Positions 12,377 to 25,296 of a stretch of DNA of 64,000 nucleotides are shown here, piece by piece. Source of the DNA: Eledone cirrhosa (Eukaryota); NCBI GenBank assembly GCA_964016885.1, contig CAXHJY010001606.1, positions 17,844 to 81,843 on the forward strand, read 5' to 3'. The notes beneath the pieces were generated by a model, which had not been told where the DNA came from, ran no database searches, and saw only the letters and a program-made list of their open reading frames with translations. Position numbers and translations under genes: made by a program. Each line of letters begins with the position of its first letter. The first letter of the stretch is position 1.

Positions 12377-14360
12377 TTAAATACTAAAGGGATATACATA
12401 TAACTGACTTTATATATGTGTGCATGTACATGTGTGTGTGCATGTGTGTATCTGCTTTCCACGATCTCATGGGTTGGATGGATTATTACAGTTCGAATCA
12501 GTTCTTATTCAGTGTTACTGCCCTGCCTGATGTCCTTGACAGGACTAAAATCCATTTTCCATGCTAAGTTGTCTTATTTGATCTTCAACCATTTTATAGT
12601 GTACAGGGTGCGTTTTATCATGGCAGCAACACTGGTAGAGTTGTCTTGCTCTTATATGACAAAGAATCCTCCACACTCCATATTATCTCCAATCTTTCCT
12701 GGCAAAAGTGCTGAAGCATGTAATATGAAGGGGAGCAAGGACCAAAATCTAAATTAGGAAAGATTATAAATATGAGTGTAAAGAAGCTATAGATGATTGG
12801 ATGGCAGAGAAGGGAGCAGGACTATAGTAGCTACAAAGATATATGCATGTATATATGAACCCATAACTCTTGATGAAGTTATAAAGGTATTGTAGTGATA
12901 TACAATGTTTCTTGGGCATTTAAAACTTAGCAAAGTCCATCCCCTCTCCAACTGTGAACACAGTCAATTTCTTCCAGAGAAGGAGATAGAGACGAAATGA
13001 GAAAGAGATATAGAGAAAGAATTAATTACAGTACTGGACTGGTACTTATTTATCGACTTCAAAAGGGTGAAAAGAAAAGTTGATCTTAGTAGGATGTTAA
13101 CCCAAAGCACAGAGTTAGCATGAATACTGCAAAGCATTCTAAACATTCTGCCAATTCACATTAAGAATATCTTATATGGTTTATATCAAAATCTTAACTG
13201 TAATTTATAATATATATAACAAAGCTGTCTGATTAAGAAGTTTGCTTCATAATCTTGGATTTCTAAATTCGGTCATATCTTATGGCATCTTGAGCACTTT
13301 TTTCTATCATAGATTCAGTTGAACTAAAGCCTTGTGAGTGAAATCCTGTAGCAGTGACTATGAGAAAGTTTAGAAATATCTGTGTATGTATGTGTATATA
13401 CGTATAAATATATGTATCATATATATGTATAAATGTGTGTGTGTGTGTGCATATATCATCATCGTTTAACACATACACACACACATTTATACATATATAT
13501 AATACGTATATTTATACGTATATACATGCACACAAATATATATATATATACACACACACAAACACACACACACATACACGTGTGCAAACAAACATACAGA
13601 CATTTGACAACGTGATTGAAAAAAGCAGCACAGATTAGTGGTAGTGAAACTTCAACTTCCAGTGATTTAATAAACTCTTCTAACATGTATTGAGTACTTT
13701 TCTTTCTCCTTCATATATTCAAGGGTGTTTATGCACACACATACATACACACAAATACACACACTCTCACAAATACATTTATATATAGAGAGAGATATAT
13801 ATATACAAATACCATATGATAGTATATTTTATATTTAAATAAATGATAGTTCTTTAAAATGTGTGGCAGAATACTCCCTTAGGACATTCTGAAGTTTCAC
13901 TGAATAAAATAATTAAATGAATAAATTCCTCCGAGGAAACAATAAAGTCTCATAGATTACACGTAGCTAAACCTATTTATTATAGACTGAAATTGGCTTA
14001 GGTTTTGTTGTTTTATAATAGGTGTGGTTTCACTGGGGTTTTTGCTGAAACGAGTTCCAAATTACTATATACCAAATTAGCCATATATGTTGCATGCTCA
14101 GAAGAATATCTATACATATGTGCCAGTGTTTTTGTAAACGGACAGGCATCTAAACTAGATCTGTGTGAACCTTTTTGGATAATATTGAGAAAGAAGAGCA
14201 GCTGGCCAACAGTTGAAGTGTCAGTAGTTTTTATATAACACTCTATTTGGTTTTCTGTGCTGTAAATAGGTTGCTGTTATTGTTGTTTAGCCCCAGGCTA
14301 GCCTATGGTCAATGGAAATACAGCTGTTAGACCATCGTTTTAGTGATATCTAACAGTATT

Positions 14361-14542
14361 GGATTGGCAGTATCAGTAGAGGAGCGGACACCATGCTTTG
14401 ACGCATAGTTACGGCCCTTGCCATTCTGAGTTCAAATCCTGCCGAGGTTAACTTTGCCTTTCATCCTTACGGGGTCGATAAAATAAAGTACCAGTAATAC
14501 ACTGGGATAATTGCTGGCCTTGTGCCAAAAGTAGAAACAATT
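14361..14542 (+). mobile_element. SINE family S1
   Basis: ggattggcagtatcagtag A-box, gagttcaaatcc B-box, conserved central body. Confidence 0.85.
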
Positions 14543-14619
14543 ATCTAATGTTATTATTATGTTTTGGTAAAGTTTTAGGAGGTGATTTTAGAGGCATTTG
14601 AATCCTATTTACAGCAGAT

Positions 14620-14760
14620 ACAGACATCCACGTTGGCTCAGAGCCTCGCAAGTTGGAATGGCTCTTCCAGTGCATATCCCTCACCATTCTCTGGGAAAAC
14701 ACCTTCTCTATTCTGTCCACCGGGGCCATGGGGCAACCAGAGCGTGGGCCCCCATTTGCT
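14620..14760 (+). mobile_element. CRE-like (RLE) non-LTR element C-terminal remnant
   Basis: EPRKLEWLFQCISLTILWENTFSIL resembles the CRE-clade terminal motif FLFQRLSxAIQRGNAxxI. Confidence 0.45.
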
Positions 14761-14859
14761 CAAAATAGTGAGAGTTGGGGAGAGTGTGAGAGACAGGCAG
14801 TGATAGTGGGAGTTTGGTTCCTTTGTGTTCAGACCTGGTATATAATGTATATATTTAGT

Positions 14860-15160
14860 TACCCATCTGACTACTATGCTTTCAGCACATACCACTCCAC
14901 TGCTGATTAGGTCACCTAGGTGAGAGAAGCTGTTAGCTATTTCTAGGGAGCCATCTAGGCATTGGGAGGAATTTATTTTATAGATATTCTTACTACTAAC
15001 TACTCTCTTGCATCTTCTACATACAAAGTCCTCTTCTGTCAGCCTGCTTGTGATCCCATTGTATTTCTTGTGCACTGTATTGTGTTCACTGAATGGAATT
15101 TCCACCTACTCCTTTGTTGTGTATCAAGCTTGTCCACTTCTAGATGGCAGTAGATTTCTG
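14860..15160 (-). mobile_element. Old RTE fragment (PHD/RT domain 7 region)
   Basis: VHKKYNGITSRL..FVCRRC..SFSHLGDLISSGVVCAESIV. Confidence 0.75.
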
Positions 15161-16496
15161 TTTGTTTTCCTATTATCTAAGACTTTAGACTTTACATTAA
15201 AGTCTTTTTTTGTTTTATATTAAATTTCCAATTTGACAAGATTTTTATGTGTCATTGTGGCATATTGTAGTACGTTTCATCATCATCTTAATACGCTTTC
15301 CCAGCATGTTAGTATATAATTGACTCTGTATTTTAAGATATGATATACATCTGTGTATGTGTGTTCACATGTATGTATCTCTATGTATCTATCATCATCA
15401 TCATCCGTCTAACCCATGCTTGTGTGGAAATGGATGTGTGTGTATGAAGGGCTAAGAAATATATTCAAAAACATTACAGTATCAGTTTCACTTTGTAAAT
15501 TCATCTTTTCTCCCTGGAAAAATTTAACTATTTGACAGTTTCTTCTTTGAATTGAATTTAAATTACTCTAAACACTATTCTATTTGTTTGTTTATTTATT
15601 TTTCTAACACTATCCTCTAGTCTCAACATATTACCAATGATAATGAGCTTGCAAATTTCTTCTTTCAATATCACATTACCATATTTTTTACTGCCATCCA
15701 CTTGTTCAGTACAACCAGATTCTAACTAAGTCTTATTTATACACTGTTGCATTATTAATATATTCTTGTGCTGATGTCAGAAGCAGACATCTTCTTGCTG
15801 ACGTCAGTCTGTTGAAGATATTCTAGTACCAATGTCGCCCAGGTGCTAATAGCTATATTTTACATATTCGTTTCTTGAATTTCTTTGTTCACCAATACAC
15901 ACCTGTATTTCATTTTCATTTATATATTGTATACCATCTTAATATATAAAAGCAATTGTATGTATGTATGTATGTGTGTGTGCAAGTATTTATGTATGTG
16001 TGTATGTATGAATGTATGTATCTATCTATCTATGTGTCTGTTTGTGTATGTAAGTATCTATGTATGTATGTATGTATGTGTGTGTGTAAGTATCTATGTA
16101 TGTTCCAAGTTATAGGCTAAAATTCCATACCAAGATAGCTGAAATTTTGAAAAGAGACACATTTTTTAAAGGATAATATATACTATGTGGTTTTTCTGAA
16201 ATTTCTTCTTTTAGCTCCAGACAGAAAAATCTAAGACTATTAATACTAACAATAGACATTAGGAAAAGCTACTGATTTAAAGTAACTATGCCAATTAGTA
16301 TAATATTTTGATTTAAAAAAAAAAAACATCTTTTCCATGAAAAATCTTTAAATATAAAGGTAAAATTTAATTTTAGGTTTGTTAATTTGGAGGAGCATTT
16401 TTTGAACATTTTTATGAAACATGACTTTAACCATCTTCTTGATACAACAATTCTGAGTGAATCTATATTCCAGGACAAACAAGATTAACATCAGCT

Positions 16497-16658
16497 TTTA
16501 ACCCTCCACTACCATATTTAAAGATACTGCCTACAATTTTAAAATAATTTCAAAAATAATTAAATGCATAATGACTTTTTTTACATAAAATTATGAATTA
16601 AGTTTTTTTGATAAATATATCTACTTCAGAATATACAGCTCAGTATCAAAAGGGTTAA
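16497..16658. mobile_element. piggyBac-type MITE A (internally deleted)
   Basis: ttaaccctccactaccatattt ... gtatcaaaagggttaa. Confidence 0.6.
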
Positions 16659-17084
16659 AGCAATTTATCCAAAATATAGGAAATTCATGTGATTATATTT
16701 ATTTTAGATATAAATAAACCTGATTAAGGTTGCTAATATTGAAAGAAAGAAAATATATTATCTCCAATAGTCTAGATTGATTTGAAATTCATGATCAATG
16801 CTCAAGCAACATGTTTATATGAAAGACATTTTAAAAGATGCTTTGAAAGGATGAGTAAAATAAGAGTATATATAGTAAGTAGTGAGGTAGAGTGAATGTT
16901 ATAAGAGCATAGTAAATGGCTTGAGTTATTTGTTCCAACTCCCAACAAATTTACATCCATATATTACAGTAAATGGATACATTCTCAGCTTCAATGATGA
17001 GAATTTCAGCTGTTCACTCAACTGAACTACCTACATATTGATTTAACATGTAAGTTGCTGAGTATTCCATAGATAAGTGATTCT

Positions 17085-17316
17085 TTAACCCTTTCATTAC
17101 CATATTTCTAATAAAATGCACTGTATTTGAATGAATTAATGAAGAATTTGGAAGAAATTCTAAAATCATTCTTTTATTATTAAGATGGTATTTGTAACAT
17201 AAAGGTTTTATATATGAAATTATGCTGGAATATTAAATAGGAACCTTTTAAATTGGGTGGTTTTGTTCCCGGGAACCAGAGATAGCTTCAGAGAGACTGG
17301 TATCAAAAAGTGTTAA
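17085..17316. mobile_element. piggyBac-type MITE A
   Basis: ttaaccctttcattaccatatttc ... ggtatcaaaaagtgttaa. Confidence 0.65.
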
Positions 17317-17558
17317 TGTAATTCTCAGGTAGAATGTATGTGACAAACCTACCCATTTGAATTACTGGCACAGACAAGCTTGTACACAGTTTCCATCTAT
17401 CCAAATGCAGTCAGAATATTTGGATTGATCTGAAGTTATGGTAAAAGACACCCAATTTGGTAAACAGTGGGGTTGAACACAAGACCACATGATTGTGAAA
17501 TAAACTTCATAATTTCTCAGCCATGCCAGTGCCTATGCATCCAAAGAATATCATAGCC

Positions 17559-17685
<127 letters not shown>

Positions 17686-18736
17686 CATAGGTGAATTGGT
17701 GGAATTGCTAGAACATTAGATAGAATGCCTTGTGGTATTTGTTCTGGCTCTCTGTGCTCTGAGTTCAAATGCTGCCAAGGTCAACTTAGCCTTTAATTCT
17801 TTCGCAGTCAATAAAAAAAAAAAATGACCAATCTAGCAATGGGCTCGATTCATCCTCTATATCTTTTTTTACTTCCACTTTATCTCTCTCTCTCTTTATG
17901 ACATACCTATACATTTATTCAAAGATAAGGCTTCCTTTATCCCACTCAGTGTTTCCCATTACTATGATGTTCGTTAAATTTCTCATTATTACCACGTTTT
18001 TCTAGACAACTTGATAAACCTGATATTCATAGGAAACTTAAGAGTAGCAAGAGAGTGAAACCTCAGTTTAAAATAACCTGATAAAAACTGCTACACATAT
18101 TGAGTATCTAGCTTTCTCTCGTTTGCGCATTGAAACACACAAACACACACACATGCATACACACACAAACACACTCACACATGAACACATATATTAAAAT
18201 AGGAGTGAGAAGGAAATAAAAACTCATTGTAGTGCAACTGGTAATAATTGAGAACGACATGGTATGATTGCCAACAATTGGATTATTTTAGGTTGTTGTT
18301 TTATTTTCCAATCTCATGTTGTTGTATATAAAGGTATATTTACCAATGTTTAATATTAAATCTTAGCCATGCATATATAATACACACACTCACACACATA
18401 GAAAAAACATTTTTATAGAAGCAGTTTTATTACGGTATTGAAAGGTTGTATGACTTACAGCGACAAGTATGTACTTTCATTCAAGGCAAGAATTTTTTCA
18501 TATTAAATATGTACGCGTGTGTGTGTGTTGAGAACCCTAATTAATTTGTTTAATGTTGCTAGAACACCAATCATTCTGTAAGTACCCTGTTTCTGAATTC
18601 ATTTCAGTTAGCATTAAATAGCATGGTATGTGGTACTGTGTTACAGTGCCATGGATGTGTGAAGCAACTTGTGGTAATTTGATTCTGTATATTTATTAAT
18701 GTATGTGTGTGTGTGTATATATATATAAAACAAAGA

Positions 18737-18825
18737 GTGTGTGGTAAGATTCCAGGTGGACCATAATGCAGTTCGGATGTGTCGAAATGGCCGGAGCTCA
18801 GCCATTGGGGTCCTGACTCTTTTCC
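18737..18825 (+). mobile_element. pLTR-like fragment (family D) with the 3' half of an HHR
   Basis: GAAA(18784)-tggc-cggagctca-gcca-TT-ggggtcc; left end homologous to 28034 and 31841. Confidence 0.5.
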
Positions 18826-18846
18826 TATCTATCTATCTATATATAT

Positions 18847-21800
18847 GTGCAGCCCGATACCCGGGACGCAGAGAGGTAAGTGCCTTTTCTCTTCACCACC
18901 AACATGGCTATGCTAAGAGTAGGCTGTTTAAATGCGCGTGGCCTGGGCTCAACTTGGAAGCAAGCAATGCTTCTAAATGACCTCAGGTCACAACGTATAG
19001 ATGTGATGGTTATTTGCGAGGCCCGGATCAGCAACGTGCGACAGCTGGCCCCCACCTTTGATGACTTTGAGATGCACGCATCTCTCTGTCAGCCTGGAGG
19101 TGGGGGTGGAGTTGTCGTTCTGCTGCAAAAACATCTGGGTCTCGCAACACAGATGGTACATTTGGACCCGGAGGGTCGACTAGTGGTTCTGGACCTTGGC
19201 AGTGGTAAAGGCGGAGCGTTTAGGTTGGTAGCCGCCTACGGCCCTTTCGGGTCAATGCGGCCGGACTTCTTCCATCGTCTGGAGACTTTTCTAGGGACGT
19301 CCCGCTCCTTGCTATTAGTGGGGGACTGGAATGGTATCCTAGATGCACGCTGGGACTACGTAGGGGCCTGCCCCGATAGAGAGGGGTGTAATAGCCTCAA
19401 AGGGTTAATCGGTCGATTTGACCTGGCCGATAGATATCGACTAGATTTTCCGACTGCGCCAACCTGGACTTGGGCAAATCGTAGCGGATCATCTAGGTCG
19501 TACCTAGATAGGTTCTTAGTTAGAATTAAGGATAAGGACTTTTTAAGTTGTCCAAAAATGCGCATTGTTGGCTATTCAGACCACAAATTAGTGACCTGCA
19601 TGGTCAACCTTGACAGAACTCATAGACAGGGCCCCGGTTACTGGAAGCTCAACTTGTCCTTGCCGGCAAGTAGAGCCTACAGGAATCGGATTAGTACGTT
19701 AGTTAAGGAACGGTTGACTGGAGCGATCGTCAACAGCAGGTGGTGGGTATCTCTAAAGAGAGAGATTAGAGTAGTCTCGATAGAATTTAGTAAGGTTCTA
19801 GCTGCGGATAGGAATAGGAAGGAAAGGGAGCTAATAGATAGAGTAGAAGAGGCAATTAGAAGCGGCGACGTGGCCAGAGTGCTAGCGTCGAGAACGGCTT
19901 TGAGCCAGTTTTTCGACGCGAAGCACGAAGGCTGCGTTGTCCGAAGTAAAATACGTGCTCTAGGGAACGAGGGGACCAAAGCTGTTAGCTGGGCCCGCGT
20001 GACAGAGGCCAACAGTGGAACTAAATCCACCATCCGGTCTTTGCGAGACCTGGATGGACGGGCGATTCTTGAGCCTAAGCAGATGTGTGAGGCCTTTCAA
20101 AGGCACTTTGCCCGACTGTTCGGGAGGGGCGGGGAGCCGGTTGGGAACGTGGACTTCGGTCCATACCTCGACGGCCTGCCGCGCCTCTCGGACAGGGAGG
20201 CGAAGTCCTGCGAGGAGCCGATTTCGGCCGCTGAGATAGAGGACGTGCTGAGCCAATGCGGCAAACGCAAATCCCCGGGTCTCGATGGTCTTCCTTACGA
20301 ATTATATCTAGCTATGCCGGACTTGTTCCCCGATCTCCTCGAGGCGGTCTACTGCAACTGGCGACAGAACGGGAGAATTCCCTGTACTGTGACCAAGGGC
20401 GTAGTCACGCTAGTGAGGAAGGACGAGAACAAGGGGGACGAAATAAGTAACTTCAGGCCCATAACACTGCTAAATACAGAGTTACAGATTTTGGCCAAGG
20501 TGCTAGCAAAGAGGTTGGCGCTTGTCGTGGGCAACCTGGTGGGAGATGCGCAGACATGCGCTATCCCGTCCAGGTCCATCCATGACAACCTCCACCTCAT
20601 GCGATACATCATAGAGAGGGTTGGGAACGAACCCGGCTTTGGTGGGGCTCTGATCAACTTGGATCAATCTAAGGCGTTCGATAGGGTCGACCATGGTTAC
20701 CTGGATGCGGTGCTAGCGGCGGCAGGCTTCGGACCCGTTTTCAGGGGCTGGATCACTGCTATGCACAGCAGCCGCATCTGCTCTAGGGTCAAGGTGAACG
20801 GCTACCTCTCGGAGCCGTTCAAAATCGCGCGGTCCATCCGACAAGGGTGCCCTCTCTCCTCCCTTCTGTATGTATTGACTCTCGAGCCACTACTGCGGAA
20901 GTTGGAGTTGTTGCAGGGCATCCCTTTGGAACCGGGATTGCGGAAAGCGGTGTCGGCCTACGCCGATGACGTGACAGTAATGGTGTCGACGGCCTCCGAA
21001 ATCGAGGCGGTCGGCACCTTACTGGAGGAGTACGAAAAGTTCACAGGGGCTAAGCTGAACCGGGACAAGTCGATCGGTTTGCAACTCGGCACGTGGAGGG
21101 GCAGACCGATGCCCTCCGATAGCGTCGTCGGACGCTGGACGGAGGGCCCGGTGAAGTTGCTCGGGGTCTGGTTCGGACCGGACCTCCAGGTGGAGAAAAA
21201 CTGGGCGGAGGTTACGAACAGAGTGTTTGCACTGACCCAGAAGTGGGCCAGTTGCAAACTATCCCTGAAAGGTCGGGCGGAGGTGGCGAACACCTACATA
21301 GCGTCCGTCATCTACTACCGCCTGACCGTAGTGCCCTGCCCAAGGGAAACCCTCACCAAGATGGAGCGCGCGCTCTTCCAATTCCTTTGGAAGAGGCGGG
21401 CTCCTATGGTGAGGAGATCCATCTGCTGTCAACACCCTTCGAAAGGAGGGCTGGGGATGCCGTGGCTAATGATGCGTAAACACGCATTAAGGCTACGGCA
21501 CCTCTACGTATTCCTCACCGGACAACCGGTGTGGGCCTCGTTTGTGAGACGAACCTTTCCCAGACTCGTCTCACTCACCGAGCTGCAATCCTGGGTCAAG
21601 CAAAGACCGAGAAAACTGGGCGCCTGGCACACTGAGTGTGCCCAGGCGCTCACCGCCCTCTGGCAGGCGGATCCGGTTATCAGTGGAGACTCCACCGCAA
21701 CATTCTATAGAGGGCTGGTACGCAGCAGGTGCGACGACGCCCTCGGAGAAGCCCTAGACATGGAGGAGGACGAACTGGCCAGCCTTTTCGGTAGGACATT

Positions 21801-22605
21801 CAGCCCGGGACCTATGGACAACTTCCAGAAGTCCCTGGCCTGGCAGTGCTACCGAGGGGCTTTACCCGTTCGAGAAAGGCTCTACAGACACGGGCGCCCG
21901 GGTAGGGACCCCGCCAAAAAGATCTGTCCCAGATGCGTGTGCGACGAGGAAACCGTTGCACACGCATTAGTACACTGCTCGGGCGTAGCCGATCTGTGGG
22001 GCTATGTCGAACAACTGCTGTCAAGGGTGGGACCGATCCGGTTGACCACCGAGTCTATTGTAATGATCAAGCCGCCTCCCCCCTTCAAAGATGAAGCAGA
22101 GGCGGTGTTTCTGTGCGTAATAGCCATGGCGAAAGAGGTTGTATGGTGGACGCGTCTGAAAGGACTGAGGTCGGGCACCTTTCTCTCTGGCCAACAACTG
22201 GTCCGTTTCTTCCGATATCATTTCGGAAGAAGGATCAGGATGGAGAGAGAGGTGCTGCACCCCAGCCGTTTCTATGAAAGATGGGTGAAAGTGGCGAGAA
22301 TGGCCCGTGTGAATGGGCCTTCACTCTACATCAGACTATAGGTGAGGAAGATGAAAGACCAAGGGAGCACCCCTTCTCTGTGCTCCTGAGGAGAAGGGTT
22401 GCACACTTTTTTCGGGGGTGTGTGCGACCCCCCAAGGCGCCTCCTCTCTATTGAGGATTTTGTTAAAAATTTTATTTTTTGTTATATCTTATTTTATTTT
22501 TATATTTTGTTATTGCCTCCTCCTTATTGAGGACGCCTTTTTGTGTAAACTCCCCCCTTTGTACTTGTCCCACTTTTGATGCCCTAGTGGCAAATAAAAG
22601 AAATA
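18847..22605 (+). mobile_element. L1/Tx1-clade non-LTR retrotransposon, 5'-truncated just upstream of ORF2
   Basis: 21-bp TSD TATCTATCTATCTATATATAT at 18826-18846 and 22606-22626; AATAAA at 22593-22598; GC-rich body. Confidence 0.93.
18904..22341 (+). CDS. Intact ORF2p: APE endonuclease, reverse transcriptase and CCHC zinc knuckle
   Basis: EN motifs LNARG, ICE, GDWN, YLDRF, SDH; RT motifs SPGLDG, FRPITLLN, KAFDRV, QGCPLS, YADD; CPRC..HALVHC; first ATG at 18904. Confidence 0.95.
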   Translation: MAMLRVGCLNARGLGSTWKQAMLLNDLRSQRIDVMVICEARISNVRQLAPTFDDFEMHASLCQPGGGGGVVVLLQKHLGLATQMVHLDPEGRLVVLDLGSGKGGAFRLVAAYGPFGSMRPDFFHRLETFLGTSRSLLLVGDWNGILDARWDYVGACPDREGCNSLKGLIGRFDLADRYRLDFPTAPTWTWANRSGSSRSYLDRFLVRIKDKDFLSCPKMRIVGYSDHKLVTCMVNLDRTHRQGPGYWKLNLSLPASRAYRNRISTLVKERLTGAIVNSRWWVSLKREIRVVSIEFSKVLAADRNRKERELIDRVEEAIRSGDVARVLASRTALSQFFDAKHEGCVVRSKIRALGNEGTKAVSWARVTEANSGTKSTIRSLRDLDGRAILEPKQMCEAFQRHFARLFGRGGEPVGNVDFGPYLDGLPRLSDREAKSCEEPISAAEIEDVLSQCGKRKSPGLDGLPYELYLAMPDLFPDLLEAVYCNWRQNGRIPCTVTKGVVTLVRKDENKGDEISNFRPITLLNTELQILAKVLAKRLALVVGNLVGDAQTCAIPSRSIHDNLHLMRYIIERVGNEPGFGGALINLDQSKAFDRVDHGYLDAVLAAAGFGPVFRGWITAMHSSRICSRVKVNGYLSEPFKIARSIRQGCPLSSLLYVLTLEPLLRKLELLQGIPLEPGLRKAVSAYADDVTVMVSTASEIEAVGTLLEEYEKFTGAKLNRDKSIGLQLGTWRGRPMPSDSVVGRWTEGPVKLLGVWFGPDLQVEKNWAEVTNRVFALTQKWASCKLSLKGRAEVANTYIASVIYYRLTVVPCPRETLTKMERALFQFLWKRRAPMVRRSICCQHPSKGGLGMPWLMMRKHALRLRHLYVFLTGQPVWASFVRRTFPRLVSLTELQSWVKQRPRKLGAWHTECAQALTALWQADPVISGDSTATFYRGLVRSRCDDALGEALDMEEDELASLFGRTFSPGPMDNFQKSLAWQCYRGALPVRERLYRHGRPGRDPAKKICPRCVCDEETVAHALVHCSGVADLWGYVEQLLSRVGPIRLTTESIVMIKPPPPFKDEAEAVFLCVIAMAKEVVWWTRLKGLRSGTFLSGQQLVRFFRYHFGRRIRMEREVLHPSRFYERWVKVARMARVNGPSLYIRL

Positions 22606-22629
22606 TATCTATCTATCTATATATATATA

Positions 22630-22680
22630 TAATATAGAAATGGCTTCTACAGGACTAGAACTGTTTCATTCAAAGGAAAT
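22630..22680 (-). mobile_element. Half copy of HHR family C
   Basis: aatatagaaatggcttctacaggactagaactgtttcattcaaaggaaat matches the left arm at 4193. Confidence 0.75.
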
Positions 22681-24276
22681 ACATACATATATTCCCTAGA
22701 TATGTATACCCTCCTTCGTATAATCCTCAAACAGTATAAGTATGACAAAGCTGGCTCCTTGGATTATTGGAACAGTAATATATATATAATCCTAACATAT
22801 TCACACCCCAATATGACCTTAACTAACAAAAGCCCTTAGCAGCATGACACCAAACATCAGTTTCCATCTTGTATTACTTTTCCCCAAATGGACCAGATGA
22901 TTTAGACGTGTTTTCATCTTCAAACTGCTGGTAGTTCTGGAGTTAGGGCAAACCATTAATAAATATATTATATTGACGTCACAACAATCATTATTAACCA
23001 TTTTGATACCAAGCTGCTTGAAACCATTGGTTTTACTATACAAAACTTTATTGAAACTAAGCTTAATCATCTTACAGAACTGTCAGTCTAGCAATTTCAT
23101 TCTGCTAGTTAACATGGAATTGTTTTCCTAGCTAGCAAGCTATGGACCTGATAACCTACCCTGATTAATACATGTTCCTGTTACCAGCATGCATTCCTTC
23201 AGGATGGTGTCTACCAACTCAATTTCTGATTTTTAATTATGGTAGTGATTCCTAATGATAATGATGAGTTCCAGCAGGGCTAGAATCCTTTATTTTCTAT
23301 TCTATTAGGAAAATCGATTATATTGTCTGCAGTAGGTGCCTTGTCTCTTTTTTGTTTATCAACCTTGGAAGAATGAAAGATAAAATCAAGCTTTGCAGGA
23401 TTTGAACTCAGAATGTAAATGACCATTAACTGCTGTTTGACATGCTAATGGTTTTTGTTTTGTTTTCAATATAAATTAAAATATTAATTAAGTTCTTTGA
23501 TCGTTATTGATTATGATATAATTGGTGAAAATAAACCATTTAATGAACTGAAACAAAAATTTACAGGTAGTCTGTTGAGAATGTTGGTAAAAACAAATGA
23601 AAACAAATAGATACAATGAAAAATACTTTGGTGAATTGTATTTGTTTCAAACCATAACAAATTAACTGAACACCTGTTCAGGCATTCTTTCGTGAATTGT
23701 CTATATCATTGAACTTACTATAGCAATAGAGTTATAACTCTGAGAGGATTCACAGCTGGTTAAGACAACAGTGTTGAGCCATAAGCTGAAAAAGTTAATA
23801 GTTCATAAATCGTCACTGATGCTTTGCTGCACACAATGCACTGTTCAGTGAGCTGTGAATAAGCACTATGTATAAATTGCAACTTAGAATTGTGGCAAAC
23901 AGACACTCTGTATAATTGATAAATTGATAAGTGTATTGTGTGCCAGAATTATTGGGTTCAAATTCTGTTTGTGTGTGTGTATATGTATGTGTGTGTGTAA
24001 ATGCAACTTATAAATCTTTTTATGTGGCTAGACTGCAACAGAAGTGCTTTCACTGCTGTTCTGTTTTAACTAGAAAGTTGACTTTATAATGAAATAAAAT
24101 GAAATGTTTTTGTGAGTGACCAAGAACTAAAGTCTAATAAGTTTTATCCCTTCTCGACAAGGGTCATGGTCTAGTCTCTCTTGAAGCTTACTTGCACACA
24201 CACACACACACACACACATCATTATACGGTTTGTTTCCCGTGTTAGCAAAGGGTGGATTATATATATGTATATATG

Positions 24277-24311
<35 letters not shown>

Positions 24312-24314
24312 ATA

Positions 24315-24570
24315 TATATAGATATAGATAGGTAAATATACACGGGTGTGTATGATTGTGTATAGAAGATTATATTAATAAGAGGAATTCCAACTTTGTC
24401 TGATTTACTCGTTTTATTTACAATCCTTTAAAATTTATATAATGGTATTATAATGAAATAGTATGATAGAATATTAAATTCTAAGTGTTAATTGAACAAG
24501 TACTTTCATGCTTTCGCAATCTTCAGGTTCATGATATGTGGTGACAGTCGAGTTTGCAATTTTCAACTGT
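24315..24570 (-). mobile_element. pLTR-like unit (family E), second copy at 45300-45556
   Basis: Shared sequence aattccaactttgtctgatttactcgttttatttacaatcc; flanked by TA repeats; contains an HHR. Confidence 0.7.
24493..24531 (-). ncRNA. Minimal type I hammerhead ribozyme (family E)
   Basis: Minus strand tgaac-CTGAAGA-t-tgc-gaaa-gca-t-GAAA-gtac-TT-gttca; palindromic stem III AAGTACTT. Confidence 0.8.
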
Positions 24571-24603
24571 ATATATATATATATATGTATATATGTATAT
24601 ATG

Positions 24604-24652
<49 letters not shown>

Positions 24653-24669
24653 GTATATATGTATATATG

Positions 24670-24718
<49 letters not shown>

Positions 24719-24730
24719 ATATGTATATAT

Positions 24731-24764
<34 letters not shown>

Positions 24765-24921
24765 ATGTGTATATATATATATGTGTATATATATATATAT
24801 ATGTGTATATATATATATATATATATGTGTATATATATATATATGTGTATATATATATATGTGTATATGTATATATATATATGTGTATATGTATATATAT
24901 ATATATATGTGTATATATATA

Positions 24922-24954
<33 letters not shown>

Positions 24955-25296
24955 GTGTATATATAAATATATGTGTATATGTATATATATATATATATAT
25001 ATATGTGTATATATATATATATATGTGTATATATATATATATGTGTATATGTATATGTATATATATATGTGTATATATATATGTGTATATATATATATGT
25101 ATATATATATGTGTATATATATATGTGTATATATATATGTATATATATATATGTATATATATATATATGTATATATATATATGTATATATATATATCGTA
25201 TATATGTATATATATATATATATCGTATATATGTATATATATATATATATCGTATATATGTATATATATATATTTTATATATATATGTATATATAA
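24570..25296. repeat. (TA)n/(TATG) microsatellite
   Basis: Direct reading. Confidence 0.95.

Noticed and set aside
13990-14238. Possible host exon after a pyrimidine-rich AG at about 14021
   Set aside because: No recognisable protein motif and no convincing donor site; cannot be supported
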